DNA of 64,000 bases from Spirochaetia bacterium (GCA_034520965.1 JAXHMY010000003.1:649233-713232); one strand, 5' to 3'. Shown: positions 40,327 to 51,773, counted from the first letter of the stretch. Notes: generated from the letters alone by a model not told the origin. Program-made: numbers and translations.

Positions 40327-43230
40327 TTACTCCACACTAGCAGGCCAATCAACATCCAATAAAAGAGTAACGATTTCATACCCATCTACAGTAAAATCTA
40401 TATCAAGCTTTAATTCTTGGTATCCAATCTGCTCGATAGCGGTTTCATCGGCTCTTGCTCGCCACACTTCCTTCACGGCAAGGTCTCCTTCAATTCGTGC
40501 ATCTACCGCAGTTTCTTTAGAGTTGTAAAAACGAAGACACATATACTTTCCGTCTTCACTTTTTTTAATTGTTGACATTACTAGGGTACTTGGTGAAAGC
40601 TGGAGCAAGCTAAGGGAAGCTGGATGACTTAGTGGCGTCTGATGTAATTGTTTTACCTGTGGCTTCGCATCGAACTGCCGAGACGCATTTAGAACGAGAT
40701 CTTCTTGAAAATCCCCGGAAAAGGGCAATAGTGCATATCTAAAAGTATAACTACCCTGACATTGTGCATCGGGTGTCTGTGCAGGAGGTCCTGCATGACC
40801 AGGCCTGGAGGGGTTATCTTGTACTGAGAGCCACCCTATGCATCGCAGAAGAGTTAGGGCTATATACATCTCATCTCCGTCGGGAACAATGTTGTGCTCA
40901 GGCAAGCCCTCCGACAGCACTGCGAGCCCGCTGTTTCCATCGGAAAGAGCAACCCAACGCTCATGAGGAAATACACTCGGAGGATCAACTACCCAACCCT
41001 CATGTGGCTGACCGCTTATTGCTCTTTTTTCGATATAAAACTTTCCGTCGGACACGATGTTCTGTATGGAAGGGAACACGTGCATACATACGAAGCCTGT
41101 TATCTTTGACATTATTGTGTACCCTAGTCTCAAATTCTACGAAAGGAGTATCCCATAGAACAAAGATCTTTTTTTCAATTATAAAATTTACTGTTTCGCC
41201 GGAGCGAACATCTCGGTTCTCAGAATCCAACTCTTTAGGCAGCTCAAAAATATATGAGACTTTAATACACCCTCTGACAGGTCCCTTTTCTAAAAGCATT
41301 GTCTCAACACTTTTCGGTTGCAAGATGGTATTTGTCTCGTTCTCAGAGTTTATCGGGCAAAAATCATAAGTATCGCCCCGGTCAGCCTGGTTTTGAAAAT
41401 TGTGAATATCGGAAAATATTTTTCCACTTTCTTTATGGAAAAGATTTACCTTTCCCTTTTTATTTACTTCTACGCGAATAAAACGGTTTTCAAGGAAGCC
41501 CTCCCCCGCCTCGATGTTGTTAAAATTGGGTTCAACAAGTTTGTTGTTCTTAACTGCAAAAAGTTTAACTAATGTGTATCCGTACGCAGGTAAAAAAGCA
41601 GGTATAAGTAAGTGAAGACGTAAAAAGTACGTATTCGTTTTAAACACAGTATCATCGGGGAAACAGCTAATTTCTTCAATTATCTTATCAATAGTATGGG
41701 ATGACTCAAGTGCAATATCTCCGCATTTCAATATAAGAGACGGGTTGTTTGAACTAGTATCAATACTGAAAGCGACAATACTTCTTTCTCAATATACCGG
41801 AGATACTCTTGCCACCAATGAATGTTTTTAATAATGTGATCCGCCCTTGCTTCGGCAGGTACCCATAAGTCGTTAATAGTTTCACTTTTTAGAATTTGTA
41901 CGGGTACTTCTATCTCGTTCCCATACACAAAAGATCTGCACTCCCCTTCCCAATAAGGTACATCAACTTTGGTATACACTACATCTTTTCGATATTGAGG
42001 AATACCGTTAAAAAGAAACAGGTTAACTGAGTTATTGTAGTTATTTCCGGTTTTTCCAGGAGTGAGTACTGAGGCTATATAGTTTAATCCATCGTAGGAC
42101 AGTGAATTTACTGTTTGTTCTGTTTTCGTAAAATTCCAATTCATTTCATTGTGGACCTGGTCTATACTGCAGCCGCAAATTGTATCGTGAAAATGGTTTC
42201 TTAGTAGCGCTTTCCATGCATCATCAAGGGCGTATTTCGGATAAGCATGTCCTAACAAATCTGCAAAGACCATAAGTGGTTCTGTTTCTCTCTCTAATGC
42301 TCTTTCAAGAGAATAGTTTGTTTGTTTAATATGCATTCTTGATGAAAGGACTGAAGCAAGAATAGCCTCGTATTTACCTCCCCTTAATTCACCGGAAATA
42401 GTTTGAAGGGAAGTAATGTTTTTTTTCACTGTCCTTACATATTCCTCTGCAGAACCATGAACTATCTGATAATCGGAAATATGTGTATTTGCATATTGGA
42501 TAGTTTCGGGTAGTTTCCTTTCAGGAGCCATATGATCAGACCCATTCCAGATGGGAATGACGTCAGAAAAAGAACTCTTTTCACTGTTTTTAATAAGATT
42601 TTGTAACTTGGTTACTGCTAAAGTATGATTTGGTTCTAGCGTCCGTATATCCCCCCAAAAAAAAGGATAAGCAAGATTACTTCCACTGTAATAACCCCCG
42701 TTTTGAAAAATAGCAATAACCGGGTCTTTATGTGGAGACTCCCAGATAAATTCAATCGCTTCTTTGCTTAAATGGTTCCCGAGACCCCTGCTAAAAATAA
42801 AACTTTCAATACCAAAATTTGTGAGAATTTGAGGCAATTGAGAAGGATGGCCAAAAGAATCAGGTAGCCACCCCACACACTTGTTTTCTCCCATACTTTT
42901 CGCGTACATGGTGCCTTTTAGTAAGTTTCTTATCAGACCCTCTCCTGAGACGATAAAATTGTCTGGCTGAAGATACCATGGTCCTATTCTCAACCTTCCT
43001 GATTTGATCAACTCAATAATGGTTTCTTTTTTTTCCGGTCGCAGATCAAGGTAATCGTCTACAATTGCCGTCTGACCATCTAAGTGAAAAAATTTAAATT
43101 CAGGGTCTTGTAATAGAAGCTCAAGTAGTCCGTCCATCATTTTTACCAGTTCAAGTCGAAACTCCTGTAGAGTTTTGTACCATTCCCTGTCCCAATGTGT
43201 GTGGGAGATAAGCATTACTGTTTTTTCCAT
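40327..43230 (-). CDS. GH38 alpha-mannosidase / mannosylglycerate hydrolase-like (split in three by frameshifts)
   Basis: SHTHWDREW, LDGQT, GPWY, PDSFGH, NHFHDTICGCSID; DRGDTYDF; LTLLRCIGWLS. Confidence 0.9.
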
Positions 43231-43254
43231 ATCACAATTTCCTGTATAAATTAA

Positions 43255-44097
43255 TTATTTTACCGCGCCGTTTGTGAGTCCACGTACTACATAACGTTGA
43301 AAAACTAGGACAGCTACAACAATAGGAATAAGAGAAATAATTGTTCCAGCCGAAACCCATGTCCACTGTAATTGAAAGGCCTGACTCATATTCAAAATCG
43401 CAACTGGTACGGTCTCAACCGATTTTTTACCAAGTGTAACGGTAAAGGCCAGCATAAATTCTCCCCAACAGCCTAAAAATGCCAGCACACCGGCCGAAAA
43501 AATCCCGGGAGCGGCAATAGGTAAGACTACATTCCAGACAATACGGGTTGATCCGCAGCCGTCGATTTTAGCGGCATCTTCCAAATCAAACGGAATATTT
43601 GCAAAATAGCTTGCTATTAAAAAGGAAGCTAAAGGAACTGCATACGCCATGTTTGGAAGAATCATAGCCCAATATGTACGGAGGAGACCAAAATGTCGTA
43701 ATAACACGAATGTAGGGCCGATAACGACAATTGGTGGTATCATTCCGGCAATTTGAATAAAATAAAGAGAGTGATACCTAAAACGAAAACGCAATCTAGC
43801 TATCGCATAGGCGGAAAAGATTGATAGTATTAGTGTGCCGATTAAAGCTGTACTGGAAACTATAATACTGTTGAAGATAGATTGCTGTACTCTGAATTTT
43901 TCTCCTAACACAACGCCGTAATTCTCAATCGTAGGATTTTCAGGCCAGTATTCTACAGGTATTTTATATTCGGTTCCCTGTGGCTTTACTGAAGTAATGC
44001 CAATCCAGACCAATGGTGCCAAACACCAGAATGTGATGAGAACAAACAGTAAGGTAGATAAAATTCTATGCCTAATAATTCTATGTTTCTTTTTCAT
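43255..44097 (-). CDS. Carbohydrate ABC transporter permease
   Basis: IPFDLEDAAKIDG, WGEF, VFQRYVVRGLTNGAVK. Confidence 0.95.
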   Translation of the reverse strand: MKKKHRIIRHRILSTLLFVLITFWCLAPLVWIGITSVKPQGTEYKIPVEYWPENPTIENYGVVLGEKFRVQQSIFNSIIVSSTALIGTLILSIFSAYAIARLRFRFRYHSLYFIQIAGMIPPIVVIGPTFVLLRHFGLLRTYWAMILPNMAYAVPLASFLIASYFANIPFDLEDAAKIDGCGSTRIVWNVVLPIAAPGIFSAGVLAFLGCWGEFMLAFTVTLGKKSVETVPVAILNMSQAFQLQWTWVSAGTIISLIPIVVAVLVFQRYVVRGLTNGAVK

Positions 44098-44102
44098 AAA
44101 AA

Positions 44103-44996
44103 CTATTCCTTAAAGCTAAAGTTTTTTTTGATCCGGTCTATATAAAAGACCCCTACAATAACAACTAAGATAAAAGTAACTACCGCATAAGCTGACCCCC
44201 TGCCGAACTGAGCGTATTCAAAGTACGTTTTATAGGCAAAAGAACTTAGCGTATCGGTTTTTGTTCCTGGACCTCCACCTGTGAGCCCATACACAACATC
44301 GAATACTCTTAGAGCATCCCTTGATCTATACAAAGTAGCCACTGATAAGGTAGGTAAAACCATAGGAAGGATAATGTAGAAAAAACGACGAAGAGCTTTA
44401 GCACCATCAATTTTTGCAGCTTCTATGACATCGTTGGGAATAAGGGCTAAGCCGCCCATCATAAAGAAAGCAGCCATACTAGCCCCTTTCCATGAATAGG
44501 CTAACACAATACTACCCATAGCTAAGAACTGGTCCACGAGAAAAAGCGGTGGTTCCTGAACTATTCCTAACCGTACTAGCATATCGCCAATTGGACCAAC
44601 ATCACTATTTAGCATCCATTTCCACATTGATGCCTGGATGACCTTTGGAATCGCCCAAGGAATGATGATGATAGCTCTCAGGACACCTCGCATTACAGGC
44701 CCCACATAAAAAGTTGATAATGCGAGGGCTGTTCCTATGGAGAGATCTAAAATGACAACTACAGCCGTAAACCCCAGAGTAAAGCTGAAAGTATACCAGA
44801 ACTGGCTACTCATCATAACGCGACGATAATTTTCCATTCCAATAAATTCAGAGTTCAACCAATCCGTTGTTAGATCAAGATCGAAAACACTATAAATAAA
44901 AGTCTGTATTATTGGGTAATAGTTGAAAACGGTCAAAAAAAACAGAGCCGGTACGATAAAAAGTATTGCAACCCGTGTATCATCTTTCGAAGCCAC
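44103..44996 (-). CDS. Carbohydrate ABC transporter permease
   Basis: FIGMENY, IIPWAIP, IEAAKIDGA, LTGGGPG. Confidence 0.95.
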   Translation of the reverse strand: MASKDDTRVAILFIVPALFFLTVFNYYPIIQTFIYSVFDLDLTTDWLNSEFIGMENYRRVMMSSQFWYTFSFTLGFTAVVVILDLSIGTALALSTFYVGPVMRGVLRAIIIIPWAIPKVIQASMWKWMLNSDVGPIGDMLVRLGIVQEPPLFLVDQFLAMGSIVLAYSWKGASMAAFFMMGGLALIPNDVIEAAKIDGAKALRRFFYIILPMVLPTLSVATLYRSRDALRVFDVVYGLTGGGPGTKTDTLSSFAYKTYFEYAQFGRGSAYAVVTFILVVIVGVFYIDRIKKNFSFKE

Positions 44997-45314
44997 TTGT
45001 TCCTCCTCTTAAAAAATGCGTCATGTTTTTCTATCCATAATTGCAAGACTCATGACGCTGCACAACCTGGTATTACTATACAATCAGTACATCTATGCAT
45101 CTTGTTCTTAATTGATGAAGTTATTGTACTACAGTGATATTTGAGAATAATCTTAATTCCATGTTTTTATTCAGTTCCGATAGTTTTTAAACCTCTATTT
45201 TATTCTGCCTGCACATGAGCCCAATATCATTCTCAAATCCAGTCAAAACATAAAAAATACGTGCTGAAAGTAAGCATTACTCTTATACTTGATTATTAGA
45301 ATCTTTGTGTTACA

Positions 45315-46187
45315 ATGATATCGATGAAAATTGAGCACATACCTACAATATTTTCCGACAACAATTCAATAGACCCTGAGACAGATTTCCACTACGAGTT
45401 TATCCAAAAAATGCCTACTTATCTTTCATTTCACAATCACGATTTTTTTGAGGTAGTTCTGGTAACAAAAGGCAAAATGAATCATTTAATAAAACAGGAA
45501 ATCCAACTGCTGCATGAAGGAATGCTACTCTTAATACGACCCGAGGACTACCATTACTACGAAAAAGTTGATGAAAACCCCTGCAATTTCATAAACCTTG
45601 CGTTCTCTGCCGAGATTTTCAGGTCGCTTATCTCCTACCTCGGAGAAAATATTGATATAGATTATTTTCTGGGTCCCCATATGCCATTGACCACTTTATT
45701 AACAAAAAAACATACCGAATTTCTACGTGAGCGAATTGATAAACTTAACACTTATTTTAACAAAGTCGAAATAAAAGCGGAATTCAGAGCGATCATGGCT
45801 GATATTCTTACCTGTCTTTTACATAGACAATTTATTGATGTGAAAAAAAATTATCCCTCCTGGATGAACGTGTTTCTCACCAACTTACATAAAAAAGAAT
45901 ATTTTACAAAAGATATCTCTCAGTTATATAAAACCGTTCATAAAAGTAGAGCACATATATCCAGGGTATTTAAAAATAATATTGGTAAAACTCCTACTGA
46001 ATACTTGAATGAAATTCGTCTAAACTATGCCGCCCGCTCGCTTATACATTCCAATAATCCCGTTCTTGATATAGCTTTTGAATCGGGTTTTGAAAATTTA
46101 AGCCACTTTTACCACCTTTTTAAGAAAAAATATGGGGTACCACCAAATAAATACAGAAAAGTATACCAGCAAATTCTCATTCAATGA
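45315..46187 (+). CDS. AraC family regulator (cupin + HTH, ChbR-like)
   Basis: HNHDFFEV, IRPEDYH, DIAFESGFENLSHFYHLFKKKYGVPPNKYR. Confidence 0.9.
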   Translation: MISMKIEHIPTIFSDNNSIDPETDFHYEFIQKMPTYLSFHNHDFFEVVLVTKGKMNHLIKQEIQLLHEGMLLLIRPEDYHYYEKVDENPCNFINLAFSAEIFRSLISYLGENIDIDYFLGPHMPLTTLLTKKHTEFLRERIDKLNTYFNKVEIKAEFRAIMADILTCLLHRQFIDVKKNYPSWMNVFLTNLHKKEYFTKDISQLYKTVHKSRAHISRVFKNNIGKTPTEYLNEIRLNYAARSLIHSNNPVLDIAFESGFENLSHFYHLFKKKYGVPPNKYRKVYQQILIQ

Positions 46188-46223
46188 TTACATTACTGCT
46201 GTATAAAATCATTTTTATGTGGG

Positions 46224-47704
46224 TTAGTTATTCCTCTCTTCAGTAAACCGTTTTGTATAATACTCTTTAACTGTTTTTCTCAACTCAGGATCTCGGGGAC
46301 GGGCGTTAGATGCGTGGCAAATTGGAGCGTCTTCATCCAAATATATATGAACCTCAGGCTCATGCCCCCCTTGCCATTCAACAAGAGCATTCGTCATTGC
46401 CTGGCATATATCATCGTTGGATGAATCTGCTGCTATGTCTTCAAACTCATTAGGGTCTTTCTTTAAATCAAAGAGCAATCTCTGCCCATTTATATTGTTA
46501 CGTAAAAGCTTATATTCTTCTGACCTGACCATGCCCCATTTCCCCTCCTCAGCATGGGCAAACACGTAAGTACAGGGAGTTTTTAGGTATAATTGCCTAA
46601 TTCTGGATTCTCCGGCAAATGAAGGCTCTTTATTATAGTTGCGGGAATTTCAGTGTTCGTCGAAAGGGTATTGTTTTTTGTTCCGAAATTGCTGTTCTCT
46701 GGATACTTGATAACTAGAGGAATCCGCATAATAGGATCATACATATGGTTTCCCTTCAGAAGCATATGATGAAAACCCATATATTCACCGTGGTCAGAGG
46801 TATATATTATCATAGTCTGGTCATACAGACCCTTTTGTTTCAACGCTTGTATCATCTTCCCTACATAGAAATCGATTTGCGATATACTTGCATAATAGTA
46901 AGCCATTACTTTCCTGAGTTTCTCCGGCGTTAACCCTTCATAATTAAAGTGGCCCTTCGCATGACTAAGATCCCTCGGTAAAAACGATTCTGTCCATCCC
47001 GGTAAAATACTTAGTTTCTTTTCCGAGTAAGCATCGATCCACTCCTGTGGAGGATCGAAAGGGTGGTGTGGTTGGACAAAACCTACCATGAGAAAATTTT
47101 GGTCATCCTCCCAGGTATCTATCGCTTCCACAGCTTGCCTTCCAATCCAGCCCGTGGAAGTATCCTTCTCATCGAGATTGCTTGATAAAGCACCAAAACT
47201 TTCCCAATACTCCTCTGGAGCGTGCTGCCTGAAGTCCGGATGTTGATCCATGAGATCAAGTAAATCGATTTTATTTTTTGACATCAGATACCGATGATAA
47301 TCATCATCCCAACGACCAGGACCCAGCTGCTCACAAAGTTTCATGTTCTGAAAACCGACATCGAGATATGTGGGAGTAAAGTGCATTTTACCACAAGCAG
47401 AGGTCTTATAACCCAATTTGTTTAATTCTCTGGGAAGAGTATGAATATCCGGCCGCAACGTGCTGTGATTCGTCCACCCTTCGTGTTGATGCACATACTT
47501 CCCGGAGAGCAGGGAATATCGTGATGGAGTGCATATAGGATAAGGACAAAAATGGTTTCCATACACAACACCATCATTGGCAAGACTTTCGATATTCGGT
47601 GTCATTACATCTGGATTCCCGTATACTGAACAACAGTCGGCACGGTGCTGATCTGCGTGTATCAGGAGCACAGAATTTTTCTTTTTTTTAGATGATGAAC
47701 TCAT
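46224..47704 (-). CDS. Sulfatase (frameshifted near 46.57 kb)
   Basis: HADQHR, CTPSR formylglycine motif, GKMH, PHHPF, YTSDHGE. Confidence 0.9.
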
Positions 47705-47747
47705 ATCATATTCCTCCTCTTTAGAACCTGATTCCTATACGAAATAC

Positions 47748-47777
47748 CGCCGCTGTCCCCAATTTGAGACAGCGGCG
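47748..47777. terminator. Intergenic hairpin after the SBP gene
   Basis: cgccgctgtc-cccaatttga-gacagcggcg. Confidence 0.55.
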
Positions 47778-47807
47778 TGAATCTTCTTTTTAAACTTGTT
47801 TCTAGTT

Positions 47808-49092
47808 CTAATCTAAATTCTTAGCTCGCTGGTTGATGTTTTTCATTGCTTCTTCTGCTGAAACGGTCCCAGTGATCACACCATGAATTCCTTCCTGTAT
47901 AACTCCGGATAACTCGGCGTAGTTTTTAGAAGGCGGGCGGTTCTTGACTACATCCAGCACAGGCTCTAACTTTTCAATATTATCGTTGTGCTCGATAACT
48001 TCTTTGTCTTGATATAGTCCCTTATAGTACTGAACCGGACCCCAAGCTAATGCAAATCCCTTCTGTACTGGTTTGCTGGCTATCACTTCCAGTACTTTAA
48101 GAGTCTCTTCCGGATGCTTACTGTAGGGACTGGCCGAAAAGGCAAACCCACCTGTAATTGCAACCGATTCACCATCTTTTGTGGGAGGGAGAGGAATAAA
48201 ATCCCAATTACCAACCACTTTAGACTTCTCTGGATCATCTAGTTTAGTTAGATTGCTTTGATTGCCCCACATAAAAACCGCTCTGCCTTGGAGAAACGGA
48301 TTTTCAGTCTCCTGTCGTTCCCAGTTAACCAGAGTCCCGAGGGGAAACTCCCTCTTCAATCAATGTACGCATGAACTGTGCGGCGGCAATATTTTTTTCT
48401 GAGTCAAAGACATAATTGCCCTGACTATCTTTGTATTTTCCACCAAAGGCATGCAGAAATGTTGCATACACTTGCACCAGTTCTTCATAGCGCCCTCCGG
48501 GCCACACAAAACCCATTTTATCCGGATGATCTGCCTTTACCTTTTTACTGATTTCTACGATGTCGTTTAAGGTTTCCTTCTTGCGAAAGCCATACTTTTC
48601 CAAAAGGTCGGTCCGATAGAACAACCCAGAAAGTCCTCCCCAGAAAGGTACTCCAAGGCGCTTGCCCTCGTAGGAAAAGGTATCCAACCCTGCTTGTTCG
48701 AAATTCTCTTCCAATTGCGGCAACTTATCGTTTAGCGGGACAGCCCATCCTCCTCGACCAAATTGAGTAACCCAAGGAGTGTCCAAACCATAGATATCAA
48801 TAGTTCCGTCCTGACTGGTCATCCATATGGTGAGAGAGCTCAACATATCTGAAGGCATGGTGTAGTATTTTAAACTAATCTCCGGGTATTTCTTAGCCAA
48901 TTCTTCTTGTATCACATCGATCGGTGGGGGTGCATCAGTAAACGAATCTGCTAAAAAAGCATTGTATCCTAAAGTGACAGTTACTTTTCCATCTGCACCT
49001 TTTTCTCCCTCCTGTTGCCCTGCAGAAAAAAGCGGTAGTCCTGCTAAAATGAGCATCAGCATAACTACCACCACGTATTTAGTTAGTTTCAT
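47808..49092 (-). CDS. Carbohydrate ABC substrate-binding protein (frameshifted near 48.34 kb)
   Basis: FSAGQQE leader, DIYGLDTPW, LFYRTDLLEKYG, FLQGRAVF, RPPSKNYAELS. Confidence 0.85.
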
Positions 49093-49421
49093 GTTCTCCT
49101 CCTTTGTTTACGTTATTTGGTATAACGTTATCTTAAGTAACTATAACTCCCATCTGCGGATCCATCTTGTTCTTGATTGCCATGTTTTTTGTGCTCCAGT
49201 GACATCGATAAACAAAATTTTTCATTTTTCAGATATAAACGGTCAGTTGATTCTAAAAAAAATTTGCACCCGAATAACAATCACCTGAATCTTTTATTCA
49301 ACCTAATCTATATGCTATCTTCCTCACCATATTTATTTCAACTGATTCTAAAAGAGTTAAATACCAACCGATCATTTATTGCATCCGAAATAGAACAGCA
49401 GACCAAACTACTTCTCTGAAG

Positions 49422-49611
49422 TTTTATAAGAAGAAATATGTGCTTCTAAAGGCCGAGGCCACCCGGCCTCGATCATAGCCAGTAGACGGCCGGAGGCCCA
49501 TGGGTCGACTTCAAAGCCAATAACCATTCCTATGCACATTTTGAATCTCAAGTTGAAGCAGAAGGCGTGCCGCCCCTGTATATATAGGTAAACCCGTAGT
49601 ATAATAGGAGT
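49422..49611 (+). repeat. Cassette leader, copy 1
   Basis: cgaggcc-accc-ggcctcg hairpin; GTAGacggccggaggcccatgggtcgac; ttgaagca; ccctgtatatataggt; TATAAT 49600; AGGAG. Confidence 0.8.
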
Positions 49612-50022
49612 ATGGACATGAAGGATCTGGCCGAAATGCTGGAAGAAGAACTATCCGAGGCGGTGGAGGTAAAAGACCCCAAATCCCTGCACCGCTACAT
49701 CTCGCTGCTCACCGGCAACTACGTTGAACAGAACATTCACGAGCGGCAGTATAACGAGCTTACCGGCAGCATCAAAGAGATCCTGACCTCTATGAAGGAG
49801 GGCTTCCGCCGGGTTGACGAACGCTTTGCCGCCCAGGACAACCGCTTCGAAGCCCAGCAGAAACAGATGGATGAACGCTTTACCGCACTGCAAAAGCAGA
49901 TAGATGAACGCTTTTCAGCACAGGAACGCCAATTCGACCGCCAGCACAAACTCATCAGCCTGGGCTTCACTGCCATGGTCCTGGTCATCGCCGCTTTTAA
50001 TCTGACCGTTATCCTGAGCTGA
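49612..50022 (+). CDS. Bdr-like head / coiled-coil / C-terminal TM protein, copy 1 (136 aa)
   Basis: MDMKDLAEMLEEELSEAVEVKDPKSLHRY...QKQMDERF repeats...KLISLGFTAMVLVIAAFNLTVILS. Confidence 0.9.
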   Translation: MDMKDLAEMLEEELSEAVEVKDPKSLHRYISLLTGNYVEQNIHERQYNELTGSIKEILTSMKEGFRRVDERFAAQDNRFEAQQKQMDERFTALQKQIDERFSAQERQFDRQHKLISLGFTAMVLVIAAFNLTVILS

Positions 50023-50028
50023 GCACAC

Positions 50029-50853
50029 TCAAGGCTGCAGAATCCCCTCGGTTTTTCCTTCAACGGCAATCTCCACCGTCTCGATCTGTTCGAACTGCCT
50101 AAGGGTCAGTCGTATCTGCTCTCGTATTGCCTGCACCCTTGCCGATCCGGCGACATTTCTTTCCAGCTCTGCACTAAAGGACACGTGTGCCCTTCCATCC
50201 TGTATCTCGAACTGCTCTATCTCCACCCCTTCGGGAATCGAGCTGTAATAATCATTTTCCCCTTCCTCCGGCCGAGGCCCCTTCAGAAGAGCCTCCAGGG
50301 CGTTTACTTCCAGGCTTCCGGCGGTCGGAATATCCCGGGAAACCGGAACCGCCTCCTCCACTCCATCCGTCACCCGCATAAAATACAGATTTACCCGTTT
50401 GGTTTCCCGCTCCTCCGGCTCCTCTAGAAACTCACCGGCCCTTTCGTCAAACACGCCGTCGGTCACCGCCCTAACAACCTTCCAGCGGCCGGAGTTCGGA
50501 TCCCTTTCAACCTGTATTTCGAGCGTATGCGGAGTAATAACCTGGGCAAGAATCTCTCCCTCCCGGTCTCCATAGCCCGCATGGCGAGACTCAAACTCGA
50601 AGCGCATCTCATAGGCGACAGCCCCTTCCCCCTCCCGGTCTTTTCGCTCTACCTCCCGCAGCTCGAGGCCGGTTCCGTCGTACACAAAGGTCGGCGAGTA
50701 ATTCCTTATCCACCTCTTCGCGGCCTGTACCGCAGCCTTTCTCTGCACCTCTTTTGCAGGGCTCCTCTCCCCCAGCAGGAAATACACCCCCGCAGCGGCA
50801 AGCGCGAACAGCGCCAATATCAGTAGTATCATCGACCTTTTCATCGGTTTCAT
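50029..50853 (-). CDS. Membrane-anchored GerMN-domain protein with an uncharacterised N-terminal domain
   Basis: ALEALLKGP...SSIPEG...VSFS...GSARVQAIREQIRLTLRQF...VEIAVEG. Confidence 0.8.
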   Translation of the reverse strand: MKPMKRSMILLILALFALAAAGVYFLLGERSPAKEVQRKAAVQAAKRWIRNYSPTFVYDGTGLELREVERKDREGEGAVAYEMRFEFESRHAGYGDREGEILAQVITPHTLEIQVERDPNSGRWKVVRAVTDGVFDERAGEFLEEPEERETKRVNLYFMRVTDGVEEAVPVSRDIPTAGSLEVNALEALLKGPRPEEGENDYYSSIPEGVEIEQFEIQDGRAHVSFSAELERNVAGSARVQAIREQIRLTLRQFEQIETVEIAVEGKTEGILQP

Positions 50854-50889
50854 TTTACATCACTCCATTATCTCATTGTGAGAATAATA

Positions 50890-51023
50890 TTATAATAAAA
50901 AATGCTCTATCTGTAGCCGGCCGGAGGACCTGTGAGCCGGCGTGTGAAAAATTTTGAATTAATTTTGAAGCACACAACTCTCCGGCCCTGTCTATATAAG
51001 TATATCCGAGCTATAATAGGGGT
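50890..51023 (+). repeat. Cassette leader, copy 2
   Basis: ataaaaaatgctctatctGTAGccggccggaggacctgtgagccggcgtg; ttttgaagca; ccctgtctatataag; TATAAT 51012. Confidence 0.85.
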
Positions 51024-51719
51024 ATGGACATGAAAGATCTGGCAGAAATCCTGGAACAGGAATTCTCTGAAGCAGTCGAAGTAAAGAACCCAAAATCTCT
51101 GCACCGCTGTTTCGCCCTGCTCACCAACACCTATGTCGAGCAAGAAACTCACGAACGCCGCCACAACGAACTGAGCAGCAGCATAAAAGAAATGCTGGCC
51201 TCAATGAAAGAGGGCTTCCGCCGGGTCGACGAACGCTTCGAGGCCCAACAGAAACAGATGGATGAACGCTTCGATGCAACCCAGAAACAGATGGATGAGC
51301 GCTTTGATGCAACCCAGAAACAGATGGATGAGCGCTTTGATGCAACCCAGAAACAGATGGATGCGCGCTTCGATGCAACCCAGAAACAGATGGATGCGCG
51401 CTTCACCGCACTGCAAAAGCAGATGGAGCTTCGCTTTGATGCTACCCAGACACAGATGCACGAACAGTTCACTGCTCTGCAGAAGCAAATGGATGCGCGC
51501 TTTGATGCTAGCCAAAAACAATCGGATGCGCGATTCACAGCCCAGGAATCACACTTCACCGTGCTGCAAAAACAAATTGATGAACGGTTTGAAGCAAGCA
51601 ACCGCCGCTTCGACGATATGAACCAGCGCTTTGACAAACAGCACAAACTCATCAGCCTCGGCTTCACCGCTATAACCCTGATTATCGCAGCCTTCAATCT
51701 GACACTTATACTAAGCTGA
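51024..51719 (+). CDS. Bdr-like protein, copy 2 (231 aa)
   Basis: Same head and TM as copy 1; stalk expanded with DATQKQMDERF repeats. Confidence 0.9.
   Translation: MDMKDLAEILEQEFSEAVEVKNPKSLHRCFALLTNTYVEQETHERRHNELSSSIKEMLASMKEGFRRVDERFEAQQKQMDERFDATQKQMDERFDATQKQMDERFDATQKQMDARFDATQKQMDARFTALQKQMELRFDATQTQMHEQFTALQKQMDARFDASQKQSDARFTAQESHFTVLQKQIDERFEASNRRFDDMNQRFDKQHKLISLGFTAITLIIAAFNLTLILS
51249..51404 (+). repeat. 33 bp coding tandem repeat (about 4.7 near-perfect units, degenerate further 3')
   Basis: cagaaacagatggatgaacgcttcgatgcaacc-type units start at 51249, 51282, 51315, 51348 and 51381. Confidence 0.9.
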
Positions 51720-51773
51720 GAATCTCCGCGCTGTGTCCCACAACCTTACTTCCCTCTCCAGCAGCCGGACCTG

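Noticed and set aside
49576..49591. LexA (CTGT-N8-ACAG) box in the cassette promoter
   Set aside because: Only the left half CTGTATATAT is present; no copy has the ACAG half.
51249..51590. 33 bp periodic repeat as a CRISPR array
   Set aside because: The units are contiguous with no unique spacers, stay in frame within a coding sequence, and no cas genes are present.
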